Of a stretch of DNA of 64,000 nucleotides, positions 30,086-40,390 are shown piece by piece. The notes beneath the pieces are model-generated. The model was not told the origin of the DNA. It saw nothing but the letters and a program-made list of their open reading frames with translations, and ran no database searches. Numbering within the stretch: the first letter of the stretch is position 1; each line of letters begins with the position of its first letter. The stretch covers positions 29,511 to 93,510 of the forward strand of contig CAXXHB010000001.1 in NCBI GenBank assembly GCA_963664815.2, written 5' to 3'. Source of the stretch: Spirochaetota bacterium. Its GTDB lineage: Bacteria > Spirochaetota > UBA4802 > UBA5550. A program made the translations under genes and the position numbers.

Positions 30086-31779
30086 TAGCATGTTGAATAA
30101 TAAAAATTCAAAACAGGAAGTATGAATTTTCTATAAATTTTTATTATACTTTCTAATTATTCAAATATTTTACTTCGACTTCATATACATCGCATAAACC
30201 ATCCACGACATCTTCTCACACTACTGCAGATTGAATTCCATCCCATCCTATATCCGCTACTGCCTTCTGAAGTTTTTTCAGGTTATATGTAATGCCGGCC
30301 AGAATCGATATAGTATTACATTTCTTTCGTCCCCGCCAATTCAAACGGCTCAGACCATTGTTGAATTTCAAGTCAAAGAAATTGTGTTCTTTTCCAATAC
30401 GCCTGTTATATTTATACTTCCATTCTTCGCTTTGCATTCGATCTCTATATTTGAACCAGAGTTCTTTGTTATCAACATAGGTTTTTGATACCGTAAAGAC
30501 TCTGCTCTTATTTCTATCCTTATCTTTCCAGCATGATGAATAATGCTCACATCCTACACAAAAATTACGGCTCAATGTGAATTTGTACTTATTGTCAGAT
30601 TTTTCTAATCTCCCCTTTTTCTTACGTTTACCTTTGCAGAAAAAATATACTCCATCTTCTTCTTGTTGTACATGATGTTCTCCCTTTATAAACCAGCTCT
30701 CTGTAAAATGTAATGGGGGTGCTATATATAAATCTTTACCTTCCTGAATTAATTCACTCATCTGTGTAATGTTGAAATAACCTTTGTCTAATAAATACTC
30801 ACTTTCACATTTAACTGCATTGCTTTCTTTAGCAACTTCTACTTTTTCTACCATATCTGAAAGCAGGCTTATATCGCTTTCTTTAGATGTGGCCTCTATT
30901 GAAAGAAGTATGTCGTTGCTGCAAGTTATATCCCTGAATATAGCTTTCATCCTTTTTAAGAAGCTTACTCTCACTATCGGTTAAGTTCACTTTTGTTTCA
31001 GGTGTGATTCTTTCCTCTTTGACCTCATCCTCATATGACTTTATTTTCATCATGATCTGGTCATATTTATTTTTCTGCTTTTCTATCAGATCTTTCTCTT
31101 TATTTAATTCTTCTTCGCTTATTTCGTCCTTATCTTTTAACTCTGATACGTATTTTGCTCTCGCTAAAAGTTTCGCGGACAGGTTCTCATAATGTTTTAG
31201 CTTCTTATCGAAACCTTCCTTGTCTCGTGTAAATTCTTTACTGGCATTACTGCTTATCTTTGTACCGTCTATCATTATTCTGCGCCAGTCTATCAGATTT
31301 AATTCTTCAAGTATATATAATAAACGGGCAAAGATAGCTGGAATCTGATCTGGAAAATCGTTAAGAAAACGGCAAAGTGTCGAATAATCTATTGATCTGC
31401 CGCCGCTTAAAAATAAAAATCCGGGATGATTGCGATTAAGCATTCTCTCGATCTTTCTCATCGACTCTATCCCCTGGCTTAATCCATATAAAATTACTTT
31501 CAATTTTGCCGAGGGCTCTATCGCCTTTTGCCCTACCGTATCATTCTTATATTTTTTATCAAATGGTTTTGTATCAACATATTCATCTATGAATCTATCA
31601 ATTACCTTCTCTATTGAATTATCATCAAATATTTCTTCCGGATATATTGTTAAAAAATATCCTTGCCCCCTCTCTATAGGTTTATACTTTGCCATGTATA
31701 ATCTCCATACCTTTGATATTTTCATCATGGTTTATAATTTCCTGCCTGTCAATTAATACTTTGATTAATCAACAGGCAA
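30086..31779 (-). mobile_element. IS1182-family element, copy 1 (1694 bp)
   Basis: Imperfect 16-bp TIRs tagcatgttgaataat / attaatcaacaggcaa; GGGG target duplication; DUF772 plus IDGTKI/NLTD/DKGY transposase. Confidence 0.9.
30216..31695 (-). pseudogene. IS1182 transposase with a 14-bp deletion frameshift near 30924
   Basis: Lacks aatgccgcctgcac that is present in copy 2. Confidence 0.85.
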
Positions 31780-31841
31780 GGGGTGCGGGGGCTGTTGCCG
31801 GAAGAGGATGGATCCGCCGGTGATTCACTTGTACCAGAAAG

Positions 31842-32075
31842 CCCCCTAAATCCCCCGGCGGGGGACTTAAAAGACTGCTGTACTGATAAATATTTAAGTC
31901 AATAATACACAGATACATGCCTGATTTTTTCTGTCATGAGAAAAAACCTGCAGTAGAAATTTATGGGGATGTTCATAAACTCAGAAAGGATTATGACGAC
32001 TACATGGATGAATACATTAAAAACAAATAGTTTAATAACAGTATCTTCAAGTCCCCCGCCGGGGGATTTAGGGGG
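31842..32075 (+). mobile_element. MITE-like unit: family-B inverted ends enclosing a DUF559 remnant (also 57529-57766 inverted; partial 58797-58992, 9309-9380, 63769-63820)
   Basis: cccctaaatcccccggcgggggactt ... aagtcccccgccgggggatttagggg; interior reads YMPDFFCHEKKPAVEIYGDVH..RKDYDDY.DEYIK. Confidence 0.7.
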
Positions 32076-32165
32076 CTGTTGCCAAGGGTATATGGTTCCG
32101 CCGGGGTTTCAGGAAACTGTTGCCAAGGGTATATGGTTCCGCCGGGGTTTCAGGAAGCTGTTGCC
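32076..32165 (+). repeat. two tandem ~41-bp units
   Basis: tgttgccaagggtatatggttccgccggggtttcaggaa occurs twice. Confidence 0.85.
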
Positions 32166-32215
32166 GGATGATTAAACTTAACATATCCCCCCTCCCCTCA
32201 AACTTCTTTTTTCAC

Positions 32216-32249
32216 TTGACTTTTGTACATATGTACACTCAACTATTAT
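32216..32249 (+). promoter_or_regulatory. par operon promoter with a palindromic operator
   Basis: TTGACT followed by the perfect palindrome tgtacatatgtaca. Confidence 0.55.
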
Positions 32250-32302
32250 GTCACATCAATAATAATTTCTTAACAGATCTTTCAGTGAAAAAAGGATAAT
32301 AT

Positions 32303-32476
32303 ATGGACAGAGGAATAATAAGCGCAAAGGATGAAAAGTCGCAGACCCTCATCCGCGAAGCGAAAAAGAAGGCGATTGACCAGGGGATGAACTTCTCTGA
32401 AGCCATGCTGCTGCTCATCTCCAAATGGGTAAATGGCGAGGTAAAGATAAAACAGAACACCGGGAGGCATAAATGA
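32303..32476 (+). CDS. 57-aa ribbon-helix-helix-like protein (not in ORF track)
   Basis: MDRGIISAKDEKSQTLIREAKKKAIDQGMNFSEAMLLLISKWVNG...; AAGGA RBS; ATGA overlap with parA. Confidence 0.65.
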   Translation: MDRGIISAKDEKSQTLIREAKKKAIDQGMNFSEAMLLLISKWVNGEVKIKQNTGRHK

Positions 32477-33201
32477 AAACAATAGCGGTACTTAATCAGA
32501 AGGGTGGCTGCGGTAAATCAACCCTCACAATGCTTATGGCCCTTGCCCTTGCATCCGGAGGGAAAAAGGTGCTTGCCATTGACTGTGACCCGCAGGGGGG
32601 ACTTTCATCGTTTCTGATAATGGCCTCGGACAACCTTCCCGGCCTCTTCGATTTTCTGGGTAAGTTTAAAAAGCTTAAAGAGGTCATATGCCCTGTCGCG
32701 CGCGGCGGGATTGAATTTGACCTTATCCCCGCAGATTACAGGCTCGATTCCATTTCATCCAGCCTTGACCCCTTCGCCCTTAAAAGGGCGCTGAAGAATG
32801 TGAAAGAGGTAAAGGATTATGACTATATAATTCTTGATAACCCACCGACGGTACAGGGGATATCGCGGGCCTCCGCGATCCTTGCCGATAAGATCATAAT
32901 CCCTGCGGAGGTTTCGGCCCCCGCCCTGGGGCCGACGCTGTACACCCTTAAAAGCCTTGAGGAGATAGAGAAGCAGGGGCGCATTCTGCTTGTCGGCTAC
33001 AAGGAGCCGAAGGAGACCGGCGGGGGCTATATGTCGGATCTTACAAAGAGGTTTAACGCGGAGCTCGGTTCCGCAATTGCGGGGTCAATCCCCAGAACAG
33101 TTACAACGGCAAAGGCCGTGGCGGACCCTGAAACCGTATGGACAGCCGCTAAAATTGAAAAGATCCTGAATCCCGTCAGGGATATAGTGGAGGCCCTATG
33201 A
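32473..33201 (+). CDS. parA: ParA/Soj ATPase
   Basis: NQKGGCGKST, AIDCDPQG, YDYIILDNPP. Confidence 0.92.
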   Translation: MKTIAVLNQKGGCGKSTLTMLMALALASGGKKVLAIDCDPQGGLSSFLIMASDNLPGLFDFLGKFKKLKEVICPVARGGIEFDLIPADYRLDSISSSLDPFALKRALKNVKEVKDYDYIILDNPPTVQGISRASAILADKIIIPAEVSAPALGPTLYTLKSLEEIEKQGRILLVGYKEPKETGGGYMSDLTKRFNAELGSAIAGSIPRTVTTAKAVADPETVWTAAKIEKILNPVRDIVEAL

Positions 33202-34028
33202 CACAGAAACAGTTTAAAATAAAGTCCATCCAGCCCATAAGCGTGGAGGAGCTTCAGCCGTCCCCGGAGCTTATGGAGGTACAGAGCTTCCTTCCGATAA
33301 GCGCGGATGACAGGGAGCGGCTTAAAAACGACATAGAGAAGTCGGGGGAGATCCGCGACCCGGTAAAGATATATTTTGACAGAGAGGGGAACCCCATGAT
33401 ACTCGGGGGATTCAACCGCTGGAATATCGCAAGGGAGCTGGGATGGAAATTTATCCCCTGTGAGGTGATGAACGTGGCGCCGAAAGAGAGGAGGGAGCTT
33501 GCCATTATGGACAATCTCGCCCGCCGTCACATGACAAGGGAGCAGAAACAGAGGGTTGTTGAGATGTTTCTTAAGAATGACCCGGTGCAGTCCGACAGGA
33601 TTATAGCGAAAAAGACCGGAGCAGACCATAAGACAGTGGGTGTTGTCAGGTCAAAACTTGAATCAACCGGGGAAATTCCCCGGTTGGAAAAAAGGGCAGG
33701 CGCAGACGGCAGAGTCCGGAAGGCCGAACCTGAAAGGCCTGTCAAGAGGCAGGCATCTGAAGGTACAGAGATAAACAGCACTCCGTCAGGGAAAAAATCA
33801 GCCGTGGAAATTCCCCGACAGGAAAAAACCGCTGCTGCGGATAAGGGAAAGGGGAAAAGTGAACATGCTGTTTTTAGTTCAATCCTCAGCGCCGTGGATG
33901 ACCTCGGATCTCCCGAACTTCACAGGCTTGCATTGATGTCGGCGGAGGAGAGCCTTAAACGCCTGAAGGGGGCAGAGAGAAACAAAGCAGTTTCGGAGCT
34001 TCAGAAGGTTCTGAAGAGGTACCAGTAG
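33198..34028 (+). CDS. parB: ParB-like (ParB/Srx N-domain plus HTH) protein
   Basis: LKNDIEKSG..DPV...ILGGFNRW...DNLARRHMT; HTH SDRIIAKKTGADHKTVGVVR. Confidence 0.75.
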   Translation: MTQKQFKIKSIQPISVEELQPSPELMEVQSFLPISADDRERLKNDIEKSGEIRDPVKIYFDREGNPMILGGFNRWNIARELGWKFIPCEVMNVAPKERRELAIMDNLARRHMTREQKQRVVEMFLKNDPVQSDRIIAKKTGADHKTVGVVRSKLESTGEIPRLEKRAGADGRVRKAEPERPVKRQASEGTEINSTPSGKKSAVEIPRQEKTAAADKGKGKSEHAVFSSILSAVDDLGSPELHRLALMSAEESLKRLKGAERNKAVSELQKVLKRYQ

Positions 34029-34094
34029 CCCCACACTGCGTAAATTAAATGCCGCGGTTTATCCCGCGGCTCATTTCAATATTGCGGATTTTGT

Positions 34095-34493
34095 ATGAAC
34101 TACTATATATGGATTATATTTATAACATCAATTGCCCTGGCGGTTTCTCTTACCTGGCATTTAACAAAAAAGATAAGTTATCAGGAGGGGAAAAGGGACG
34201 GAGCGGAGGAGGAGCTGAAGAAATTTATTGTAAGGTATACAGCCTTCACCGATGAAACAGGGAATGTAGTGAATAAAAAGATCCGCATTGGTTACGACAT
34301 GCAGCTTTATTACCAGAATTTTCCCGTGGGGGACCCGACCAGAAGAATTATCAGGGAGGAGAAGCGGCTCAATGAAGATGTGGTAAATGCCGTCATTGAA
34401 ACACTGAAGGCGCTGCCGCAGAATAATATAACAAAGAACTTCACAGTGGATATAGTCACCGCGGCATTGTCAAAGGCTGTTAAACGGCGGTAG
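34095..34493 (+). CDS. hypothetical N-anchored membrane protein
   Basis: N-terminal TM segment, 132 aa. Confidence 0.55.
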   Translation: MNYYIWIIFITSIALAVSLTWHLTKKISYQEGKRDGAEEELKKFIVRYTAFTDETGNVVNKKIRIGYDMQLYYQNFPVGDPTRRIIREEKRLNEDVVNAVIETLKALPQNNITKNFTVDIVTAALSKAVKRR

Positions 34494-34738
34494 CACCGGA
34501 TTTTCTTTAAAGCGGAGACATCACTGGAATATTCGGGGATGTTTAATTATATATCTCTATATCACTTCGGCGGATGGAAAATATTTATGTTTAAAAATAC
34601 AAAAAAATTAAAGTACCGCTATTCTGGATCGCATTAAAATGTATCATATTGTAATAAATATTGACAAATTATAATGTTCAGTCCATTTCAAGATGTAATT
34701 ATTGACAATCATTTAAAGAAAAATAAAAAAGGTATCTA

Positions 34739-35449
34739 ATGAAATTACCTAAAAAGATTACTCCCTGCCCGATAGTAGACTCAATACTGGAATTGCGGTT
34801 TGCAACAGGTTTTCCACATGATGCAGTTTTTGGGATTGTATATAATGCATTTAAAAGCGAATATCCGAAATATGAAAGCCTGCCCATACTTCAGTTACCA
34901 GAACCGGTAAGAAAAGCTGATCCAAATTTAAGGTTTAAACCTTATTATCGTCTGTCAAATGATAAGTTTGTAATTCAAATTGGCGCAGATGTAGCAACCA
35001 TCAGTTCATTCCCTGAATATTCAGGGTGGGATGTCTTCAAACAGGAAATATGCAGTTTTTTTAAAACAATAAAAACACTTTCAATCATCGACGATGTTTC
35101 AAGGATTGGTTTACGTGTTATAAATTTTTTTCCTGAAGCTGATATTTTTCAGGAAGCAAAGATATCATTTGCAATCTCCGATGAGCCGGTTGTTTCTCAG
35201 AAAACATTATTCACAACAGAATTTTCTTTTGAGAATAATATTAAAAGTACATTAAATATATCAAATGATGCGATGATAAATTCCATACAGGGATCTATTA
35301 TTGATATAGACACCTTTTGTGAATACAATAAAGAATTTAATGTTTCTGATATATTAACAGAAATAGAATTAATCCATAATAAAGAAAAAGATCTTTTCTT
35401 TTTATTGTTAAAAGATGCTTTTTTAAAGAAATTTAATCCGGAGTATTAG
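34739..35449 (+). CDS. TIGR04255-family protein
   Basis: PIVDSILELRF, YSGWDVF, SRIGLRVINFF, IDID signature. Confidence 0.8.
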   Translation: MKLPKKITPCPIVDSILELRFATGFPHDAVFGIVYNAFKSEYPKYESLPILQLPEPVRKADPNLRFKPYYRLSNDKFVIQIGADVATISSFPEYSGWDVFKQEICSFFKTIKTLSIIDDVSRIGLRVINFFPEADIFQEAKISFAISDEPVVSQKTLFTTEFSFENNIKSTLNISNDAMINSIQGSIIDIDTFCEYNKEFNVSDILTEIELIHNKEKDLFFLLLKDAFLKKFNPEY

Positions 35450-35451
35450 TA

Positions 35452-35733
35452 ATGGGTACAGTAACAACGATCAGAGGGGTTTTTTTATTAGCAGCCCTCG
35501 GTGCATCAAATACGATTGCACCTTTACCATATCAGTATAATCCGATGAACACTTCAGTCTTTGGAAGTTATAATGAAATTAAAGAATTTAATAAAAATTA
35601 CTATAAAACATTTCGCGATGAATCACAATCAGATATAATTGCTCATATTTCAAAACATTTGATAGTTAACTCAAAAAACATTGAACCCGAGTTTGTTGAT
35701 ATTGTTAACGATAATTTTTGGGAATTGATATAA
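35452..35733 (+). CDS. hypothetical protein, middle gene of the TIGR04255 operon
   Basis: Tightly coupled; acidic aromatic tail VNDNFWELI. Confidence 0.65.
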   Translation: MGTVTTIRGVFLLAALGASNTIAPLPYQYNPMNTSVFGSYNEIKEFNKNYYKTFRDESQSDIIAHISKHLIVNSKNIEPEFVDIVNDNFWELI

Positions 35734-36350
35734 TGCTGTCTGAAGATATAAAGATTTATCTGCCCAAATTTCTATCAGTCGAATCAACTCAGGAGTTATT
35801 TCAGTGCTTAAAAGATTTTCCAAATAATATTGATGAAAGATTATATACATCTTACTTAAAAGAAGAAGATTCAATTTTCCAGGGCGATGGTATGAAGAAT
35901 ATGCTTGTTGTCAATCTTCCGAATTCAGATATCCGCCCGGCTCCCAGCATGATTCTTTCCAATACCTGTGATATATCTCAGGATAATACAAGATTATTTA
36001 ATACAAATATTCTGTATTCTCCAATTTTTAATTTACGAAAATATAAAGAAAAAATCAGTAATAATTCAACTAAATCACCTCAGGCTATTGAAGATCACAT
36101 CGCGGCGATTAAACGGCAGGAGGTTACTCAGATATTTTATCTTCCGGAGTTGAAAGATCAGATAGAAGACTCAATTGTATTTTTTGATCGTGTTTGCAAT
36201 TGTTCAAACAGCAGTGTAAAAAGAGACAAAATCAATACAGAAAGAATTTTTACATTAAGTGATTATGGTTCGTATCTTTTTGTATTAAAACTCTCAATTA
36301 ATTTTACCAGAATTTTTGATAAAGTAGAAAGAAAAAACGGGGGATTTTGA
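35733..36350 (+). CDS. hypothetical protein (QGD...ILSNTCD), possibly PemK/MazF-like fold
   Basis: IFQGD, MILSNTCDI, IFYLP, NFTR; TAATG coupling. Confidence 0.6.
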   Translation: MLSEDIKIYLPKFLSVESTQELFQCLKDFPNNIDERLYTSYLKEEDSIFQGDGMKNMLVVNLPNSDIRPAPSMILSNTCDISQDNTRLFNTNILYSPIFNLRKYKEKISNNSTKSPQAIEDHIAAIKRQEVTQIFYLPELKDQIEDSIVFFDRVCNCSNSSVKRDKINTERIFTLSDYGSYLFVLKLSINFTRIFDKVERKNGGF

Positions 36351-36384
36351 GATATATTATATCTGGCAGGCTTGATACTTGTTT

Positions 36385-36525
36385 AGCCTGCACAAGCTGA
36401 AGGGTAAACTGCCGGAACTGTATTCAGTATCTATAAATATAACTTACAGGATTTGCATTTATTTCATAATCAAAGATGACATGATAATACCGGTTGATAT
36501 TGGTAGCCATGACGAAGTATATTGA
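36385..36525 (+). pseudogene. RelE/YafQ-like toxin C-terminal remnant
   Basis: SLHKLKGKLPELYSVSINITYRI...PVDIGSHDEVY* with no start codon. Confidence 0.75.
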
Positions 36526-36787
36526 ATAACCCGAAGAAGAATTTTATGAGAATAGATCTTTTTATTCACATGTACTATCTGCCTTATGACCGGGATTAAA
36601 GCTGCAGCCGGGAGAATCTGTTCCTGTAATACTCTATTCCGTAAAATGCAGATCTCTCTTTTTTTACATTGACATCTGAACATTTTACTGTAATATTATT
36701 GTATTACATTATAATGCCTCTGTAATAAAAATCTTTAAAACTGCTGCTTTTTCAGGAATACGGATCTTTTTTTAAGGAGTGTACTGA

Positions 36788-37375
36788 ATGCGATACATTA
36801 TTCCTCTTCTTTCCCTTTTTCTTTTAATCTCATGCAAAAGCTTTGATAACAGACTTTTCGACCAGAAGGAATATCTTGATAATTCCGTTGTTCCGATGAA
36901 AATCGTTATAAACCAGTCGAGTATTGATAAAAGTATACATTTCAAAGATTTTCCTGCTTATGTATATATAACCGATGAAGAAGTCACCAGAATTATTAAT
37001 CAGCAGCTTATTTTTGAACAGAAACCGGGTAAGATATATCTGAGCGTTATTGTCCGAAAAACAAATATCGATATTTTCAGCCACCTCTATCAGATGTTAT
37101 TTTTAATGGTTCCTGTGCTTCTGGGTGCGCCCATGGATACTATGACTTTTACGATTAAACTGGATGCCGCTATAATAAAGCAGGATGGCAGAATACTTAA
37201 AACATATACATCAACCGGGGTGGCTACAGATTATAATGGCGGTACTGCACACTACTATTATACCAGTACAGATGCCCCCAAAACATTATATATCAGGGCC
37301 TTGCAGGCCGCCTGTAAGGATTTGCGTGAACAGCTGAAGAACGATTCAGATACCATCAACAGAATTGCACGTTAA
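36788..37375 (+). CDS. hypothetical lipoprotein
   Basis: LLISC lipobox; AAGGAG RBS. Confidence 0.7.
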   Translation: MRYIIPLLSLFLLISCKSFDNRLFDQKEYLDNSVVPMKIVINQSSIDKSIHFKDFPAYVYITDEEVTRIINQQLIFEQKPGKIYLSVIVRKTNIDIFSHLYQMLFLMVPVLLGAPMDTMTFTIKLDAAIIKQDGRILKTYTSTGVATDYNGGTAHYYYTSTDAPKTLYIRALQAACKDLREQLKNDSDTINRIAR

Positions 37376-37386
37376 GGATACCGGTT

Positions 37387-37800
37387 ATGACAAAAAAATA
37401 TATTTCATTAATAATCTTCTCTGCACTTTCAGTTCTTTTTATCTCATGCAATACAAATTATGAACAGATATATGACGGCCCACATACTCTTACCGGGGCC
37501 CCCATACCTGAAAAGATTAAAAAAAGCCAGGATGTAACGGCAACAGCTGACCCTGCTGTTGTGCAGGGGAAGGCAGTGGGCACAATATCCTCGGTTAATT
37601 ATCCGAAGAAAGAAGTTATTGTGAACCAGAATAATGTAGTTGAACTGGGGTCTGTTGTATATGTAATTATCGACAACAGAGAGATCCTTATGACCGTAAG
37701 CTTCCCCATGATGAGTTCTTTCAAGTGCCTGATTGTTCCGAACCAGATGAAATACTTTAAAGATTTAAAAAAGGGTATGACGGTTTATATAAAACAGTAA
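37387..37800 (+). CDS. small lipoprotein consisting mainly of the shared 'FPM' beta domain
   Basis: FISC lipobox; VGTISSV...LGSVVYV...FPMMSSFKC...LKKGMTVY. Confidence 0.7.
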   Translation: MTKKYISLIIFSALSVLFISCNTNYEQIYDGPHTLTGAPIPEKIKKSQDVTATADPAVVQGKAVGTISSVNYPKKEVIVNQNNVVELGSVVYVIIDNREILMTVSFPMMSSFKCLIVPNQMKYFKDLKKGMTVYIKQ

Positions 37801-37928
37801 CCGTTAAATAAAATGTAATTACTGTTTTAAATTCCTAATGTGCTTTCACTCAATTCATTCGTTTCATAGTTCATAGACTTAAAAACTATAATCAGCTTTT
37901 TATCTGCACCTGCTTCGACTATCTCCCA

Positions 37929-38104
37929 GCCATGATTGTAGAAAAACTATCGGAGAAGATATTAAAACAGTTCAATTCGGCTGGCCTTTAGGTATGCCGG
38001 TTGTAAGAAAACTTGAACCCGGGATATGGGAAATAAGATCAAATATTAAAAATGGCAAAGCAGATGCGGTATTGGGGAAAAAAATTAAAATTGAATTAGT
38101 ATAA
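37929..38104 (+). pseudogene. internally deleted duplicate of the 38881-39532 TA pair
   Basis: Near-identical to 38977-39104, then joined at short microhomologies to the antitoxin 3' end. Confidence 0.85.
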
Positions 38105-38206
38105 ATGATAGATAAGCCCCGCACCCCCGGAGGGGGCAAGACTATCTTTGCCCCCTTCGGGGGTGCGGGGGCATTGAGGTTTCGTTAAGTGTCGGTTTTC
38201 TCTTTG

Positions 38207-38629
38207 TCATATATTTACAAGCGGCCTGCCTAGTATTTTTTCCAGCTTTGAAATAGTCTTTAAGGATGGATTTGCCCGCCTTGGATTTTCTAATCTTTGA
38301 TATGCCTGATAAGAAATAGTCAGTTTCTCGGCAATCTGTTTCTGGCTGAGTTGTTTCTCTTCTCTCTCTCTTCGAAGAAGTATAGCAAATGCCACATTTG
38401 GCTCCGGAGAAATATAATATATATCTTTCCCGCTAGTTCTGACCGGCTCCGGTATTTTCATATTTTCATCAAATGCAACTTCAAGCCATCCGGTTAAAGC
38501 TTCCTTTGCAAATTTCTGCGCCTCCTCCATTGTCTTACCGTAAGTATGGCAGCCTTTCACATCGGGAAAGTATACTTCAAAAACTCCGTCTGTTTTGTTA
38601 TATTTAATTTTAGCCGGATATTCTAACAT
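38207..38629 (-). CDS. hicB: HicB antitoxin with a C-terminal XRE HTH (hicA partner lost)
   Basis: FPDVKGCHTYGKTMEEA...EAL. Confidence 0.85.
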   Translation of the reverse strand: MLEYPAKIKYNKTDGVFEVYFPDVKGCHTYGKTMEEAQKFAKEALTGWLEVAFDENMKIPEPVRTSGKDIYYISPEPNVAFAILLRREREEKQLSQKQIAEKLTISYQAYQRLENPRRANPSLKTISKLEKILGRPLVNI

Positions 38630-38880
38630 AGTTACTCTTCCTGTTTCAAGCCTGAATCTTATTCTTTGACAACACAGAAAAAAGATTCTTAAATTTTTAA
38701 AAATAAGTCTTTGTACCGGGTTGAGCATGAAATAAATGAATTTCTGTTATCCGGTCAGAAATACGGATATTGGTTAGTAAACAAATGAAAGGGGCCTGCA
38801 GGATGTAAGTTTTCATTTTGCTTTATATCAGATAAAAAATATTATTGACCTGCTGTATCTTTTTTGGTACATTGTCATGA

Positions 38881-39261
38881 ATGAAGAATAAAGAGATTCC
38901 GGAATTAATTTTAAAAGTAAGTTTTTATAAAACTGAAAGTGAAAATGAACCTGTCAGGGAATGGTTAAAATCTCTCAGCCATGATTGCAGAAAAACTATC
39001 GGAGAGGATATTAAAACAGTTCAATTCGGCTGGCCTTTAGGTATGCCGGTTGTAAGAAAACTTGAACCCGGGATATGGGAAATAAGATCAAATATTAAAA
39101 ATGGAATTGCACGAGTGATTTTTACAGTCTTGAATGATTCAATGATTCTTTTACATGGCTTTATCAAAAAATCTGTCAAAACTCCACAGGATGATCTTGA
39201 TACGGCCAAAAGCAGAAGAAAAAATTTATTGGGGCAGATTAAACATGAAATCAAAAAATAA
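38881..39261 (+). CDS. RelE/HigB (Gp49/DUF891-type) toxin
   Basis: EPVREWL, GWPLGMP.VRKL..GIWEIR, LLHGFIKKS.KTP. Confidence 0.9.
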   Translation: MKNKEIPELILKVSFYKTESENEPVREWLKSLSHDCRKTIGEDIKTVQFGWPLGMPVVRKLEPGIWEIRSNIKNGIARVIFTVLNDSMILLHGFIKKSVKTPQDDLDTAKSRRKNLLGQIKHEIKK

Positions 39262-39532
39262 ACATATCGGTTCAGATTTTGACGATTTTTTACAGGAAAA
39301 TGGCATTCTCGCAGAGGCTGAATCTGTTGCTGTAAAAAGAATAATAGCGTTTCAGCTTGAAGAGGAGTTAAAACGGACAAAAATGACCAAACAAAAAATG
39401 GCAAAGCAGATGCGCACAAGCCGCTCCTCCATAGACCGTCTCTTTGACCCTGAAAATAGTTCAGTAACATTATTAACACTTAACAAAGCTGCTGCGGTAT
39501 TGGGGAAAAAAATTAAAATTGAATTAGTATAA
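39245..39532 (+). CDS. XRE-type antitoxin
   Basis: HIGSDFDDFL...MAKQMRTSRSSIDRL.DP. Confidence 0.88.
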   Translation: MKSKNKHIGSDFDDFLQENGILAEAESVAVKRIIAFQLEEELKRTKMTKQKMAKQMRTSRSSIDRLFDPENSSVTLLTLNKAAAVLGKKIKIELV

Positions 39533-39634
39533 AGGATAGATAAGCCCCGCACCCCCGGAGGGGGCAAGACTATCTTTGCCCCCTTCGGGGGTGCGGGGGC
39601 ATTGAGGTTTCGTTAAGTGCCTGTTTTCTTTTTT

Positions 39635-40057
39635 TCATATATTTACAAGCGGCCTGCCTAGTATTTTTTCCAGCTTTGAAATAGTCTTTAAGGATGGATT
39701 TGCCCGCCTTGGATTTTCTAATCTTTGATATGCCTGATAAGAAATAGTCAGTTTCTCGGCAATCTGTTTCTGGCTGAGTTGTTTCTCTTCTCTCTCTCTT
39801 CGAAGAAGTATAGCAAATGCCACATTTGGCTCCGGAGAAATATAATATATATCTTTCCCGCTTATTTTGGATGGTTCTGAAAATTTGAAATTATTTTCAG
39901 TCACAGATTCCAAAAATACAGACAATACCTCTTTCGCGTATCTCAACGCATCCTCTAATGTTTTCCCGTATGTTACACAACCTGGAAGATCCGGAAATTC
40001 AACCTCATATGCATCATCTTTCTTGTTATATTTTATTTTAGCTGCATATTCTAACAT
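39635..40057 (-). CDS. hicB: HicB antitoxin with XRE HTH
   Basis: VEFPDLPGCVTYGKTLEDA. Confidence 0.9.
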   Translation of the reverse strand: MLEYAAKIKYNKKDDAYEVEFPDLPGCVTYGKTLEDALRYAKEVLSVFLESVTENNFKFSEPSKISGKDIYYISPEPNVAFAILLRREREEKQLSQKQIAEKLTISYQAYQRLENPRRANPSLKTISKLEKILGRPLVNI

Positions 40058-40059
40058 AG

Positions 40060-40248
40060 TCACTCCCCCTGTTTCAAACCTGCTTGTTTTAAAATCGCAT
40101 TCAATGTGCCAGCAGGAATATCCTGATTTCCATGAACCGGCACTGGAACTGACTTATCATCTTTTATAAAAACATGATGCGAACCTTTGATTCTATCAAG
40201 TTCCCAGCCGTTTTGCTTAAGAAGCTTAATTAACTCTTTAGCCTTCAT
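40060..40248 (-). CDS. hicA: HicA toxin
   Basis: LKQNGW..RIKGSHH...VPVHGNQDIPAGTLNAILKQAGL. Confidence 0.92.
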   Translation of the reverse strand: MKAKELIKLLKQNGWELDRIKGSHHVFIKDDKSVPVPVHGNQDIPAGTLNAILKQAGLKQGE

Positions 40249-40390
40249 AGTTTATATATACAACATATAGGTTGTACTGTCAAATATTTTTATCCATATT
40301 TAATAAAAGTAAAAATTATTCATTTTTTTTGCCGGAAACGCATATATTAAGAGAGGGGGGAAAATAATGTATAATAATACAAGCTGAATA

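Noticed and set aside
30883-30974. Programmed frameshift in the IS transposase
   Set aside because: The two copies break at different places through simple deletions; the consensus is a single ORF.
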